Source: Camelus dromedarius (lineage: Eukaryota). From it: a DNA stretch of 64,000 nucleotides. The DNA lies in contig NC_087437.1 of the NCBI RefSeq assembly GCF_036321535.1, positions 64,048,001 through 64,112,000 of the forward strand, in the 5' to 3' direction. Below, piece by piece: positions 49,261 to 61,806 of the stretch (the first letter of the stretch is position 1; every line of letters starts with the position of its first letter). The notes under the pieces are model-generated. The model was not told the DNA's origin, did no database searches, and worked only from the letters and a program-made list of their open reading frames with translations. Position numbers and translations under genes: made by a program.

Positions 49261-50309
49261 AGATGACTCCAAAAATGTAATGCTTTTATACAGTGAAAGG
49301 CAGCACAGAGAAAGTTAAAGTAAGCCACAGACTAACAGAGGACATCTGGAACACAGAAAATAAAGACTAATATCCCTCAGTATAGAGCTCCAGGTCAAGA
49401 AGGAAAAGACCACCCACTAGGAGAATGGGCGCGGGGCCGGAAAAATTGGTTCACAGAAGAAATATGGAAGGCTGATTGCTGCACAGAGGGATGCTCACCT
49501 CCCTGGAGGCCAGGGAGCTGCGGACAAGTTGCCCCTTGGCCCAGTTTAGTAGGAACAGAAATGGCTGAAAGCATCCATGGCTGAGGAGGATGCAGGCTCT
49601 GTCATGCACTGCCAGCTGTGCTGAGACCTTATCTATCAAAGCTCAAGCGCACTCACCCCATGGCACAATAGCTTCCCTTCCAGAAGTCAGTCATAAACAT
49701 TTAGACACGTTCCCAAATACTTATGTTTACAAATCTGCATTGCATTGTTTGAACGAAGATTGCAGACAGATGTCTATCAACAGGGGAATGGTTTAAAATT
49801 AATGGCATATGTAAATTATAAAATACTATTCACAAGTTTAAAAACTGAGGTAGATTTATATGCCAATATCTACATTTATACAAAAACTTCTTCAAGACCT
49901 CCTTACTGGTGAGTGAAAAAATGCAAATCACACAAAAATGGATAGGAAATGATCCCACTTATGTTAAAAACAAAAACCAAACCCTGTTGTTTAGGTAGAA
50001 ATAGGGGAGGAGAATAAATCTTGGGGTGGGGGATGGGTGGGGAGGGGACTTGAATTATCTGCACTACATCCTTATGTAGCCCTTAAACTTTGCAGCACCA
50101 GTAACAAGAATGTCATCAATATTGTTCTTAAATTACTTGTGCAATTAAAAAATAAAAGTGATAGCATGAAGGAGTTTTATGGCAAGATGGTTACACAAAT
50201 CTACACACGTCAGGGAAAAAAGTCAATTTAACTGTATGTTAATTTTAAAAATAAAAGTCAAAAACAAGTTAAAAGTAAAAGAAAAAGTAACTAGAAAAAG
50301 TGAAGCCAA

Positions 50310-50515
50310 GCGGAGAGGGTATAGCTCAGTGGTAGAGTGTGTGCCTAGTATGCATGAGGTCCTGGGTTCAATCCCCAGTACTTCCATTAAAAAAAAAATA
50401 AATTAAAAAAACCTAATTATCCCCCCCAAATATACAATGCTATATGTCAACTATGTATCAATAAACTGGAAGGAAAAAACATTTTTAAAAATTAAAATAA
50501 AAAAAAAAGAAAAAA
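50310..50515 (+). mobile_element. tRNA-derived SINE (vic-1-like) carrying an L1-like 3' tip
   Basis: SINE head; perfect 17-bp TSD agaaaaagtgaagccaa at 50293-50309 and 50516-50532. Confidence 0.88.
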
Positions 50516-50570
50516 AGAAAAAGTGAAGCCAAAAAGTGGAAAGTATTTGCTTCTGAATAATGGGATTACA

Positions 50571-50670
50571 GGGAGGAGGGTAGAGCTCAGTGGTAGAGTG
50601 CACACTTACAATGCCTGAGGTCCTGGGTTCAATCCCCAGAACCTCCATCAAGGGAAAAAAGAAAAAGAAA
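50571..50670 (+). mobile_element. tRNA-derived SINE (vic-1-like)
   Basis: SINE head; TSD tgaataatgggattaca / tgaataatgagattata. Confidence 0.85.
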
Positions 50671-53600
50671 TGAATAATGAGATTATAGGGAGTTTTCTTC
50701 CTTAATCATTTTATATTTCTGTGTAACTTCCAGATTTTTCTAAAGCAATCACCTATTATTTGAGAATAAGACAGAAACAGAGTAAGAAACAGGAACTGTG
50801 GGGTTTGACAGGGACCTGCCGCCGAATGCAGAGAGGAGGCCCAGCTCCAGCAAGGCAGGCCGGGCCCGCAGCCTCCAGCACATACCTGCTGCCTGAGACT
50901 TGTGGCAAAGAAAACATCTCACCCCAGGCCTGTTGCCAAGGAGCGGACAGACTAGGGCGGAGCTGTGGGTGGGCCACTGCAGCCCTGGGCAAGGGGCGGC
51001 AGGGGTGCTCCAGTGCCCCAGCAGCTTCTTCTCAGGTCCCTGCCGGCACCCAGCACCCACGTTGGGGAGACAAGCTGCTGCTCAGGGCACCCCTCCCCGG
51101 GAGTCCCACTATGTCCCTTCTACCTCCCTCTGCAAGTGACACTCACTCAGGGGTCATTACAAGAGTACATCCTCCCCTGGCCTAAGGCAGGACTGCAGGT
51201 ACATGGAGAGGGAGGAGCAGGGGGACATTATTGCAGCAAAACAGAGTGACAACGGAAGACCAGTGACAATGGACACTGACTTTTCTCATTCAGAACAATG
51301 CAGAGAAAATCAGAAGGCACCACGGGGCAGCGGCCATTGGTGTCCTACTGTCTCGCCCCCTTTGGACACCATTTCATCTTTGGCAGGATCCCACATCCAC
51401 GCCAGGTCCCACACTGAAGGCCAACTGGACGGCAGAGGGGCCTGGGCTTTATCCTTGCCCTGCTTGGTGCACCCACCCCTCCCGGAGCCCACTGCTCATC
51501 CCACACCGTCCTCCCCAGGAGGCCTGGCAAATCCTGGATTTTAGGCCAAGGGGGCAAGCCCATCAGTGAATCTCAGTTCCCCCAGCTCCCATGTGTGGAG
51601 AGCCCTGCACTTGCTGGGCCTGAGCTTATTTGTTCAATGACAACTCAGGCATCAGGAGTACAGGCTGCAGAAGAATCCGTGTGGGGCTCCTAGTGGACTC
51701 CAGCTGGGAGGGAAAGGAGACGATGAGGCAAGTGGAGGTAAGTGGCAGGAAAGCTGGAGAAGCGGGTAAAGAAGTAGGGGGCCAATGGAGGTGTCTGATA
51801 ATACGCAGCAACCAGCCACCCAGGGGCCTTTCCCACCAAGAACCCAGGAGTGCGGCTCCAAAGGCACCCATGAAGGTTCCAGGCAAGTGGAACCTGGAAA
51901 GAGTAACACTGAGCCCTTCCTCTATACAGAAACAAGACTGCAAAGAGAGACTGTGGCTCTTTCTGGGAGTCCATGTCAGGAGAATGTTAGTTTTCTTCTC
52001 CACACTCTCCTATACTACCCCTTTACAAAACATGCATGCACTCCTTTTTAATTAGCAAAAAGCCATAAAGATAAATTCAGCTTTTTAGTTTGAGGCCCAC
52101 TATTTCATTCTGTTGGGATCTTTTAAAATCTCAACTCAATTGTTCAATATTTTAATAGCTTCCTTTTTCCAACTCGAACCGTTGCAGATTTGAAAGTGCT
52201 TTGCTTTTTTTTTTATAGTTTCACCCAAACTGCTGATTAAAAAAACAAGTCCCACCCTCTAGACAGAACCAGGCCAGACTCACAGTCACAGAGCACCAAG
52301 GGGACATTCCCCTCAGGATGGCCACATCCCACCTGACTTTAGATAAAGAAAGACACGCTAATTCATCAGCGTCGCAATCTCATCCCAAGAAACAAACCAA
52401 GCACATCCAGCAATTCTTAGGAGAGTCTATGGTCTTGTATGTTGAGAGATCCCAACTTGTTTTCCCAGGTTTCCAAAATGGTCTGTTTCTAAACCACTCC
52501 CTGTTTGGTCTGGGATTGATACCTGTAAAGCTGTGACTTCCAGAATTCACCTTTTACGCACTTTGGAAACCTGAGCCAGCACTGCCAGTCTCTGGCCTCT
52601 TGACATTCCTTTTCTCTGGGTCCCAAAGCACCACAAAACTGGTCTCCAGATCACTGTGGGTTCTCTGAAGCACTCCAGCACGAGGCGCACAGCCAGGCAG
52701 CTAAGAGGGCGCTGCTGTCAGCTCACCCCTCTGGGCTCCGAATATTCTCTAAGCCACTGCATTCCTTTCCTTCTAAAGCCCATGCTCCTAGGGAAGAGGG
52801 GCTGTGTAGAGAGATTACTTAATGCAGAGCCACTCCCACTGGATGGAACTCTAACAGGCAATTCTTAAGAGATGTTCACCTCATGCTTTTGCCCTGATCC
52901 CTCTCACTCTGCCAGTCCAACAGAAATAAAAACCACACAAGTACTCACATGCAAAGCCACAGGGCTGGCAAACACCTCATCAGAGAATGCAGGGTCCATA
53001 ACAGGCAGACACTCACCAGTAGAAGCCTCAGATGTTACCATTTGCTAAGTTTGAAATCAGAGCCCCCTCAACAGGGCTCTCCACAGAGCAGGATGGTATT
53101 CATTAATGCTTGCTAACAATGACTAATGGGGAAACCAAAAGCTGCCATCTAGTTTCGAGTTCTCATTCTCTAATTTAGCTCTCAACAACTTCATTCGTTC
53201 ATTTTTTCATTCATTAAGCCCTTTCTCTATGCCCAAAGGTGACTCGGATTGGGGGTGGGAGAGGAATGAACGAGATCTTTCTGGTTCAGGAAGCAAAGAG
53301 GGTGCATTACAAGGGGAGGTTTGCAGGGAAGGTCCCTACAGCCAGGCCCCAGAGCCCAGACCCTGTAAGCATAAGCTACTATGACGGATCACTCACAACC
53401 TAAGACTGCCGGGAAGAATACAGACAAAAGAATTTCCAGTTTGCAACCAGAGTTCTATAAAGAAAGGGCTTAATACACAATTATTAAATCATTCCCACCT
53501 ATCTGGTACGTGCTGTTAGGACTCATCAAAGGGGATATATACTCTTCGCACTGTGATGTATAAACCACAAAGCACTGCTCAAACCACTCTGGCTCTTCCA

Positions 53601-55291
53601 GGAGCTGGTGGGCTCTCTCAACGCAGACCAGGAACACCGACACCTGGGGGTGAAGTTCCCAGGAGGGAACTGAAAACAGTGAGCCAGTGTGTGCCTCTAC
53701 TGCTGGGGACACAGACAGAGCGGTTGTACTCCAGATGCAGAACTCCCTGCAAGACTTGCTTCCATCAGCAGCTTGGAGACTGGCCTGGACAGCACATCTC
53801 AGCAGGGGGAGCACTGCAGGGCTGCCCGGCGGGCAGTATCAGGTACCTCCGACCACAAGGACACGTTCGCTGAGGTCCACACAGGGCTAAGTGACATGTT
53901 CCTACAGCCCTCTCTGTCACTGCCCTTAATCAGGAGGCTTTGAAATTTAGTGGGGTTTTTTAGTTTTTGTGGTCACTTTTCTATAAGTTCAGAAGAAAAG
54001 TCACAGTGAGTATTTTCCCTTGGGGTTCTCCTAAGAATTTGGCACTTATGAGAAAGACAGTATTGGGGAAATCTGCACTAGTGTCCACTTACAAACAATT
54101 CCTAATTAATCAAACCTGTGTGATACTGCCGCAGGGGAAGGGGAGGGCGGGCAGGGGTGGTGGTACAGGACTCAGAGCAGCGCCACTTCTCGGTGCGGCA
54201 GTCTCCTTGTCTGCAAAATGGGGTGAATCATACTCGCTTTGTGGTACTGTGGGTAAGACAAAAGGAGATGATGCTGCGGAAAGCCACTTTGTCACCATAG
54301 GACAAAACACAACTGATAGTATAAAGATCCCTATGACTAAGACAATTAATTCACTATTCTTGTCACTGAAGATGCCGCTATGGACAGGGTGTTTATGACA
54401 CTGATCCATAAAGTAGTTATTTCTTGCTTTTTTTCCCCTCTTCCACAGTCTCTTACCCACCATCACTGGGCCAAAGAACTGGCAAGAAGCTACGAGAGAA
54501 GAGCAACCCACACATGTGCACTCTGTCCCTGGTGCTGGGGACCTGTCTTCTTCACCCACTGGGATGGCCTGCCTTTCCCAGGAGCTGCTCCCAGCAACTC
54601 TGTGCCCTGGGGCTGTCACCTCCCTGCTCACCTTTCCAGAAACAGCCTTCTCCCTCTTGGAAACAAATTATAATCAATTTTCCATTCTCCATGGGAATGG
54701 GGAGGACACTGGTCTAGAAAATTTCTGAGCTAGAGGGCTTTCGGCCAGTATTGCAAGCACATTTTATGGCATTCACGTAGTTTCCTGCCTTGATCTACCA
54801 CGGCCGCCTCAGGCTATGACACAAGAGGGGAAGCAGGAAGAAGGCATTCTAGGTGCTGCAGCGTCTGAGGCTCCAGCCCTGGTCTCACTGCGCTCTCTCA
54901 GCTGCTGGCCAAGACACAGGCCCTCTTGGGGCCTCAATCTTCCCACCTGTGAATTGAGGAGTGATTGCTGTCCTAGGTAATATCGAAGGGCCCTCCCAGT
55001 CCTAACTCCTCCAATTCTGGGAAGTCTACTTGCATTTCCTGACTCATGCTGACTTTGAGGAAGCCGCTGGGGCCCTCCAGGTTGAGCTGGGGGCCACAGG
55101 GGCCTGAATGGGACTCCTGTGCTGTTCCCACAGTGATGCTGGGTGGACTATGTGCGCCGTGAGGGCGGGGCCGCATCGGGCACAGAGGAGGCAGCCGACA
55201 GGCAGATGCTCCCTGGACTTGGTCCTAGAGCGGTGACTGCCCTGTGCTGAGGGAGCCGAGGTGGTGGCGGGAGAGGCAAGGTTCCACTCAC

Positions 55292-55428
55292 ATGGGGCGT
55301 GGAACATGACGAGCACAGAGGAGTGTTCCTTCACAAACTGGCCAAAGTCTTCATCGGTCAGGTGATAAACGGAGCCGCCCTCATCTGCCCAGGGAGTCTC
55401 GGGGACCTGGGGCTGTGGCGGCTGCGGA
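55292..55428 (-). CDS. PDIA5: PDIA5 coding exon (probably exon 11), 137 bp, PQPPQPQVPETPWADEGGSVYHLTDEDFGQFVKEHSSVLVMFHAP(W)
   Basis: Acceptor ggtcttccag, donor T|gtgagt; peptide visible in ORF 55044..55604. Confidence 0.97.
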
Positions 55429-55921
55429 CTGGAAGACCAAAAATAGGCAGAGCTCAGAGCAAGCACCGTGGCCTGAGCAGCCCTCACCCACTCTGGCTCG
55501 GCACCGCTGCTTTGGGGGCTCACCGGGCAGGAGCAGAGGGGCCAGTGGTCAGCCCTGCCCACCTCCACCATGCCCTCGGAGCCCCAGGAGCGCTCAGCTG
55601 ACATCCTATCACAAAGAGCAGCTTTCAGCTGTAGCTCTAAAGGCAGATCAGGAAACCTCGCCTCCCCCCAGGAACCTGTGGGTTTATCAGTGTCTCATGC
55701 TCTTTCAAACGTTCAGCCAACTGGCAATAGCAGTACACAGCAACAGCAAAGAGCGACCTCTGGAAAAGCTAACTGTTGTGTTGAGTGGTGCCCTGCAGGG
55801 CAAGGACTGGGGAGAGGAAATAATAGAAAGGAAAAGGTGGTGGCTGAGGAGGGAAGAGAGAGGCCAGGTATCCGAGAAAGACCAAATCTGGCCAGGGAAG
55901 GGCTGGGGGCTAGGAAGGGGA

Positions 55922-55937
55922 TGCTGCCACCTGGTGG
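55922..55937 (-). promoter_or_regulatory. Candidate CTCF site
   Basis: Minus strand CCACCAGGTGGCAGCA matches the CTCF core. Confidence 0.55.
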
Positions 55938-57884
55938 GTGCGAGGCGTTCACTGACCAGTGTGGGAGGAAGGTCATGATGAGGAAGAGTGGGGCCCAGGG
56001 GAAAAGGGTGGGGGCACCCTAACTACGATGGCATCCAGGATACATCACAAACCCTTCCTGGAGACCAGGAACAAAGTTACCTAGTTCTTCAGAGGCAGAG
56101 TGCCAGAGCAGAAATAGCCAGGCTTGGAGGTCAGCCCAAACATCCCTGCTCTACCACTGCGAGCTGCAAAACCTCAGGCTGGTGCCTAACCTCCCTGGAG
56201 CCTGCTTCCACTGGGACCACCGTGTGCTGATACCTATGCACCAGCTGCGGTGACAGGGGAGGCTGGCAGCTGCCCTCTCCTGCTGCAAAGTTGAGCACAA
56301 ACTGCTGGTGACACAAACTCCCTGACGATTCACCGCCATAAACACTTTTGCCAGAGCACCTTAACTGCTGCTTTGGAAAAACCCTTTAAGATGACAAATG
56401 TGAAAAGACAACTATTGTTTCCTGTCTTTGAGAGCCTACAGTAGGAAAAAGTGTAATGTTCCAGCAGCCAGGGCTGTGAATTCATGAGAGCAATGTGGTC
56501 CACTCAACAGACTCTGCCACTCTCCCATGTAGCAACACAGTGGAAGCTGACCCCCCTACCCAGGGCAGAGCCTGGGTCTGACGTCACTTTCAGAAGCCCT
56601 CTCTGGCCTCAGCCACTCTGGTCCCATGCCATGGGGGTGGCAGAAGGAGGGCAAACTACTCTCAGCCCATGCGCATCCCCTGTCAGATGGGGCTGGTGGC
56701 AAAATCAAGCTTCAGCATGAGTCACCAGGCAGACCAACAATAGGAAACCGAGGTTCTGATACTTGGACTCAAAACACCAACCCCCCAAAACACCACCAAT
56801 TCCACTTTAGGGAATTTACCTTTACACCCACACATAGGCAAAATTATGTACACTCCAAGGTATTCACTGTAGATGATTTGTCAAACCAAAGACTAGAAAA
56901 ACCCAGTGCAGGTAAACCAGCCCATCCACACCAGGGAGGGCTGAGCGTGGTAAAGAGAGGCAAGGAAGTGCTCTATGCTCAATGTGGAGAGACTGCTGAG
57001 ATGTACCCAACAGGCCGCAATGTGCTAACTTTTGCATAAAACAGGGAGAGACAAAAAATACCGATTCACATGCACGTGTATCTGCGTAAAGAAACTAATT
57101 AAAGTTGTTACCTCTACGGTGTAGAGAGGGGAACAGGATGGAGGAGACACATAAAAGCAAGACTTTCCAATGTATAATTTTTAAGTATCTTTAAAAAATT
57201 ATTTTAATTATGTGAATGGAATCTATTCTAAAATTAAAATCATTTTTTAAAACCCAGCAAGAATATACACGCAGACTGGAGAAGCCGTGGCGCAGCAGCA
57301 GCACAAACATATGGAAGCGTCTGAGAAACTTCTAGTTAAACATGGAGGACGCACTCCAAGACTACTAAAATAACAGCACAAGAAAAAAAATTCAAGTATG
57401 AGCTCCACAGAAGCAAAAAGAACAGGAATGAAGACAACAGCGAAGAGAGAAAAGGAGGTCAGTGCAATTTTAGAAGCTAGAAAACCAACTTAGCAAAAAA
57501 ACATCTGCCTTTCTTAGAGAACAGAAAGCTGAGGTGCTGTGTGCTGGGAGGGGGGCAGGGCATAGGAACCACCTTAATATGCAAAGGCTCTGAAGGACCA
57601 AGAGGACCCCCTTGAAGCAAGGCTGTGGCCCGGGGCTGAAACAGGAGGCCCTCAGATCTCCTCTCCAGCAGCCAGGTGAGTCCCCTCTCCCACCCGTGGA
57701 CAACAGGAAGCTTCCTCTCTGGACAGGACTGCAGAGCTGGGCAGAACGGTACGAGGGCACTGTTATTGAATCATGCTTTTTACCATCTCTCTCCTTCAAG
57801 ACTAGGGCTCCCTCTCTCACCTCTGTACCGCCTGCACCTAATACAGAGCAGATACCCAATAAACACTTTCTGAATCAATGAGAC

Positions 57885-58095
57885 AGTGAGAGAAGAATGG
57901 CTAAAGGAACTGGAGGAGTCTAACTTGCAGAAGAGGAGACGTGGGGACACAACAGTTGTCTTCAAACATCTCAGACTGCACCGGGAAGAGAAACTAAGAT
58001 TTATTTTCTGTGGCTCCAAAAACGAGAACCAACACTAAGTAGAAGTTTCAGAGAAAGAAACGTCAGCTCGACAGAAGTAAGAAACTTCTATCTAC
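57885..58095 (+). mobile_element. L3/CR1 3' fragment
   Basis: ggctaaaggaactgg...agaagagga...gtcttcaaaca resembles the CR1 3' end. Confidence 0.5.
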
Positions 58096-59095
58096 AGCAG
58101 ATGAGAGGGAAAGAGCCGAACTGGGAGTCAGAAAACCTGGCTGAGTCCTGTTTCCTCCACGTACCAGCTCTAGAGGCTTAGGCAACAGCCTGACTAAAAC
58201 AGCCACAAGACAACGTATTTGTAGGTTTTCCTTTCTCTGCCTTGCAGGTACATCTAGACAGATGATGGACATGAGATACTTTGTAAATGTATAAAATACT
58301 ACCCAAATATTCCTAGACATCATTCATCATCTAAATCATAAACATCGTTCAAACATGAATGGACAACCTCACAATGAGTTGAGGCCCTGTTTAAGTGGGA
58401 CTGAGTGACCACATCTGTCCTAGAGGTAAAGCAACATCAAAGGGAACCGCTGGGGGCAGATTCACTGACATTCCCTCCCAACCCTGCAACTCTGATTTCT
58501 CGGGCTCTCCAGGCCTGGTAAGTTCACACAAAGCAGGTCCTTGCCTGAGGCAGGTGCACGTGCTGTAAATAAGAAGATGCAACTCAAAGCATTACAAGTC
58601 AAGAACGCTTTGTGTTTGTTTTCAGTCCACCTCTGTTTAAAAATACACAGGCGGAAATGGGTAGCTCGGTCAAAATGGATTGCCACTTTTACACACTCCA
58701 CCTGCCCTGCCCAACTCAGCAGCATGAAACCTGCAGAACGGAATGAGAAATGTAGCTGCCAGGAGTGCCAGGAGCACCAGGTGCACAACCACCACAACCA
58801 TCACATCTACCCTAGAGCCCTGGGGCACTCCAAGACACCAACGATGCCCTGTCTGGCCCTCTCCTCAGAATCGTGTGTCAGAGGGCGGGATCTAGGCTCT
58901 TCTCTCCCAGGCTTCTGAAAGTCATCCAGAGGAGGCCGGATCCACCCTCATCCTTCTACACTGGGCCACCATGAACTGTGAGCAGCCAACAGAGAGGTCC
59001 AGGGAAGAAATGCAGGGCAGCAGGAAAGGTGGGATCACTGCTACCCACTCACCAGGATTTGGGGGAAATCTGGTGAAGACTTAAAACACCTGGAA

Positions 59096-59237
59096 CGGGA
59101 GGAGGGTATAGCTCAGTGGTGAAGCTTAGGATGCATGAGGTCCTAGGTTCAACCCCCAGTACCTCCATATATATATACATATATATACACACATATATAT
59201 ATGTATGTATGTATATATATAAATATATAAATAAAAC
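59096..59237 (+). mobile_element. tRNA-derived SINE (vic-1-like) with (TA)n tail
   Basis: SINE head with small deletion; TSD aaaacacctgg at 59083-59093 and 59238-59248. Confidence 0.85.
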
Positions 59238-61549
59238 AAAACACCTGGCATCAAGAAAAAAAAATACACAGAGCTAGGCATATGTTGAGGGGAATCTAAA
59301 AGGAAATTTGCCAAAATATCACAACACATTACCTTTGGGTAGCTGGGGGGAAGGGCGCTTTTCCTTCTGTTTAAGTATTTAAGCTTCTCAATAGTAACAT
59401 ATCTCACTTGAATAGCCTTAAAATCAAAGAAGACTTTTGAAAATTCAAGCAGGATGGCAGCACAGTGATACTGTTGGGCCTTGCTGCCCCTGCCCCATGC
59501 TCCACGAGTGGGCTGCAGTCATGCCTCCGGAAGAGCTGCCCCCACATGTGTGCCCCCCAACACAGTGATGATAGGTGGTTGGGCGGCTTGGTAGGTGCCC
59601 TCCCTTCCCCAGAGTTACCTCACCAACCTTCTCAGCCTGGAGACTGGAGACCCACGGTGAACCAAAAGCTGCTAACAAGGTCTCCTTCCCATGAGGGGTG
59701 AGACCAGGGAGGAAGGCAGTGGTGGGCAGTGGGGAGGTGCCAGCCAAGGACAGGGATGAGGAGGCAGCCCGGGGGCGGGGGGGCAGGACAGAGTCTGATG
59801 GAGGAGCTGGGCTGGTGGTGCGCAGAGAGCAGGGTGGGGGACAGAGCAGCAGCTCCAGTAGGGAGATAATAACGGGTCTCAGAAACTCCACTGACGTGCT
59901 CCCCTGGTCTAGGGTTAGCAAGCAATTCTGAACACTTTCTAAAAAAAATAATAAACCGTATTCTTCCAAGAAGGTATGAGTATATTTTGAAACCAGAAAA
60001 GGTTAGAGAAAGGGGAGGGAAGCAGACAGACTTTATGCTCAGGTGACAAATGAGACTGTCATTTGTTGAACCTTCTCACAAAGCAGAATGAGATACGTCA
60101 GGCGGACGAGGGGACATGCTTATTACCAAATGAAAAAGGAAAGCAGGGGTGCGAGGCCCCCGGTAAGACAACTGAGTACAGGATAATGGGGAGTGGCCTT
60201 CCCGGGTAACAGGCGGAGAGGTAATAGATGGAGACAGAGATGTGAAAATGCTTCCAAGAAATAAAAGATGCCATGCAAACGTGGTTCTGCTGTTGTTTTA
60301 TCTCCTGGGCCCCTGGGAACCGATGGAACAGAAGATTGAGAGTTTCAGCCTTTAGAATTAAACAGCTTGTTTCTTGGAGGTTTGGGGGGGGGGGTTGTGG
60401 GGGAGAGGGGAGGTACAAAACTTATCCTCCTTTCCCATTCTGAAAATACACATTTTCAACCTCCATCACGTTGGGTAACTAATTCTTTAACCCTGTGCTG
60501 CTGCAGTAACAAAGTAATAATGTCAATAAATATCCACATGCTGGCAATGGTGGGAGAGGCAGCGGCTCCAGCCACAACTTGGGGGAGCTGCTGCCGGGGG
60601 GCCAGTCCTGGCCCTGCCGCTTGCCAGCTGTGGGAGCCAGGACAAGCTACTTCATCACTCTGCTCAGCTGCCCAGTTCATGAATTAAGGGTAATGATGAT
60701 ATCATCCTTGCGGGGCTGTTGAGGACTCCATAAGAATCCACATAAAGTGCTTGAAACAGTCAGCCACAAAGTGACTCTCTGTGCCCAAAATGACAGCAGC
60801 TATTATTCCAAGGACTGTGCACAAATAGCTACACACCAGCAGTGACTGGCAAGTCCAGACTGGTGACAGGCAGAGCCCAGAGGAGGTGAGTGCTCTCGGA
60901 GGGGAGAGTTCCAGGAGAGCTTGGGCCATGGGGAAGGAGTGGGGGAGACAGACTCCCCGTCCAACACAGGGTCGGAGCATCACGTCAAAGTCACACGCCG
61001 AGCATGGCAGGGGCTCCACGTGCAGGGTGGTTTGGGTTATAAGGATCTAATCACATTAGAAAACAGGATCACAGGTTGCTCTGAAGCAGTGTCTGCAGGG
61101 ATGCATGGTGAATGGCAAAGCAAGCTGCAAATCTAAGGCATTAGGACACTTCTTAGCTTCACAGCACCTAATACAGTGCTATGTTTGAAATAAGCATTCA
61201 ACTGACAACTCTATTTTCAGAGAGACCTGCAGCAGAACCTCTTTCAAACCTGCCATTCTGGGTGAGAAATACTTCTATCCATCAAGTATATAGTAAGCAG
61301 GAAAAAACCTATCTGAAACGCAGTCAGCAGGACAGTCACAGAAATCCTCCCAACTCCCGCATCCTGCACTCACAGACCCCACCCTCACTTAGATGTAACC
61401 CACCAACAGCTGTGTGGGCAGCACGACAAACCTTTCCATCCTCATTCTCTTCCCAATTCCCAGCCGGAGCCCTGTGACCAGGGACACCTTGGGGCCCGGC
61501 AGACGCCCCTCCCTTTGGGCACCCCACCAAAAGACAAATGCTGACTTAC

Positions 61550-61621
61550 TTCTTCAGCCACTCCACAATGTCGTCAGCTGTGGACCCATAGCTGTTGTAC
61601 TGGAACAGATACCGTCCTTTC
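61550..61621 (-). CDS. PDIA5: PDIA5 coding exon (probably exon 10), 72 bp, (E)KGRYLFQYNSYGSTADDIVEWLK(N)
   Basis: Acceptor atttcacag, donor AA|gtaagt; phase-compatible with neighbours across a 93-bp intron. Confidence 0.96.
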
Positions 61622-61714
61622 CTGTGAAATGTGGGGAGACAACATGGGCTCAGCCAGGGAGGCAAAGGCTGCCACGGAGGGGAGTGAGCTTGAGAAGGGA
61701 AGCATGTGACTTAC

Positions 61715-61806
61715 TCGAAGTAGCTGATGGTGGGGTAGCTGCGTATGCCGTACTCCTCCTTGATGTTTTCAAATTCCGAGGAGTGGAGGTTCATCCCGGC
61801 CAGCAC
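61715..61806 (-). CDS. PDIA5: PDIA5 coding exon (probably exon 9), 92 bp, VLAGMNLHSSEFENIKEEYGIRSYPTISYF(E)
   Basis: Acceptor ccctttgctcctag, donor GA|gtaagt; translation matches the recalled PDIA5 first catalytic thioredoxin domain C-half, including the YPT cis-Pro loop. Confidence 0.96.

Noticed and set aside
56579..56586. Palindromic CRE TGACGTCA
   Set aside because: Isolated 8-mer with no supporting context; compatible with chance
61622..61714. 93-bp intron as a canonical mirtron
   Set aside because: Both ends are pyrimidine-rich; no end-to-end stem is apparent
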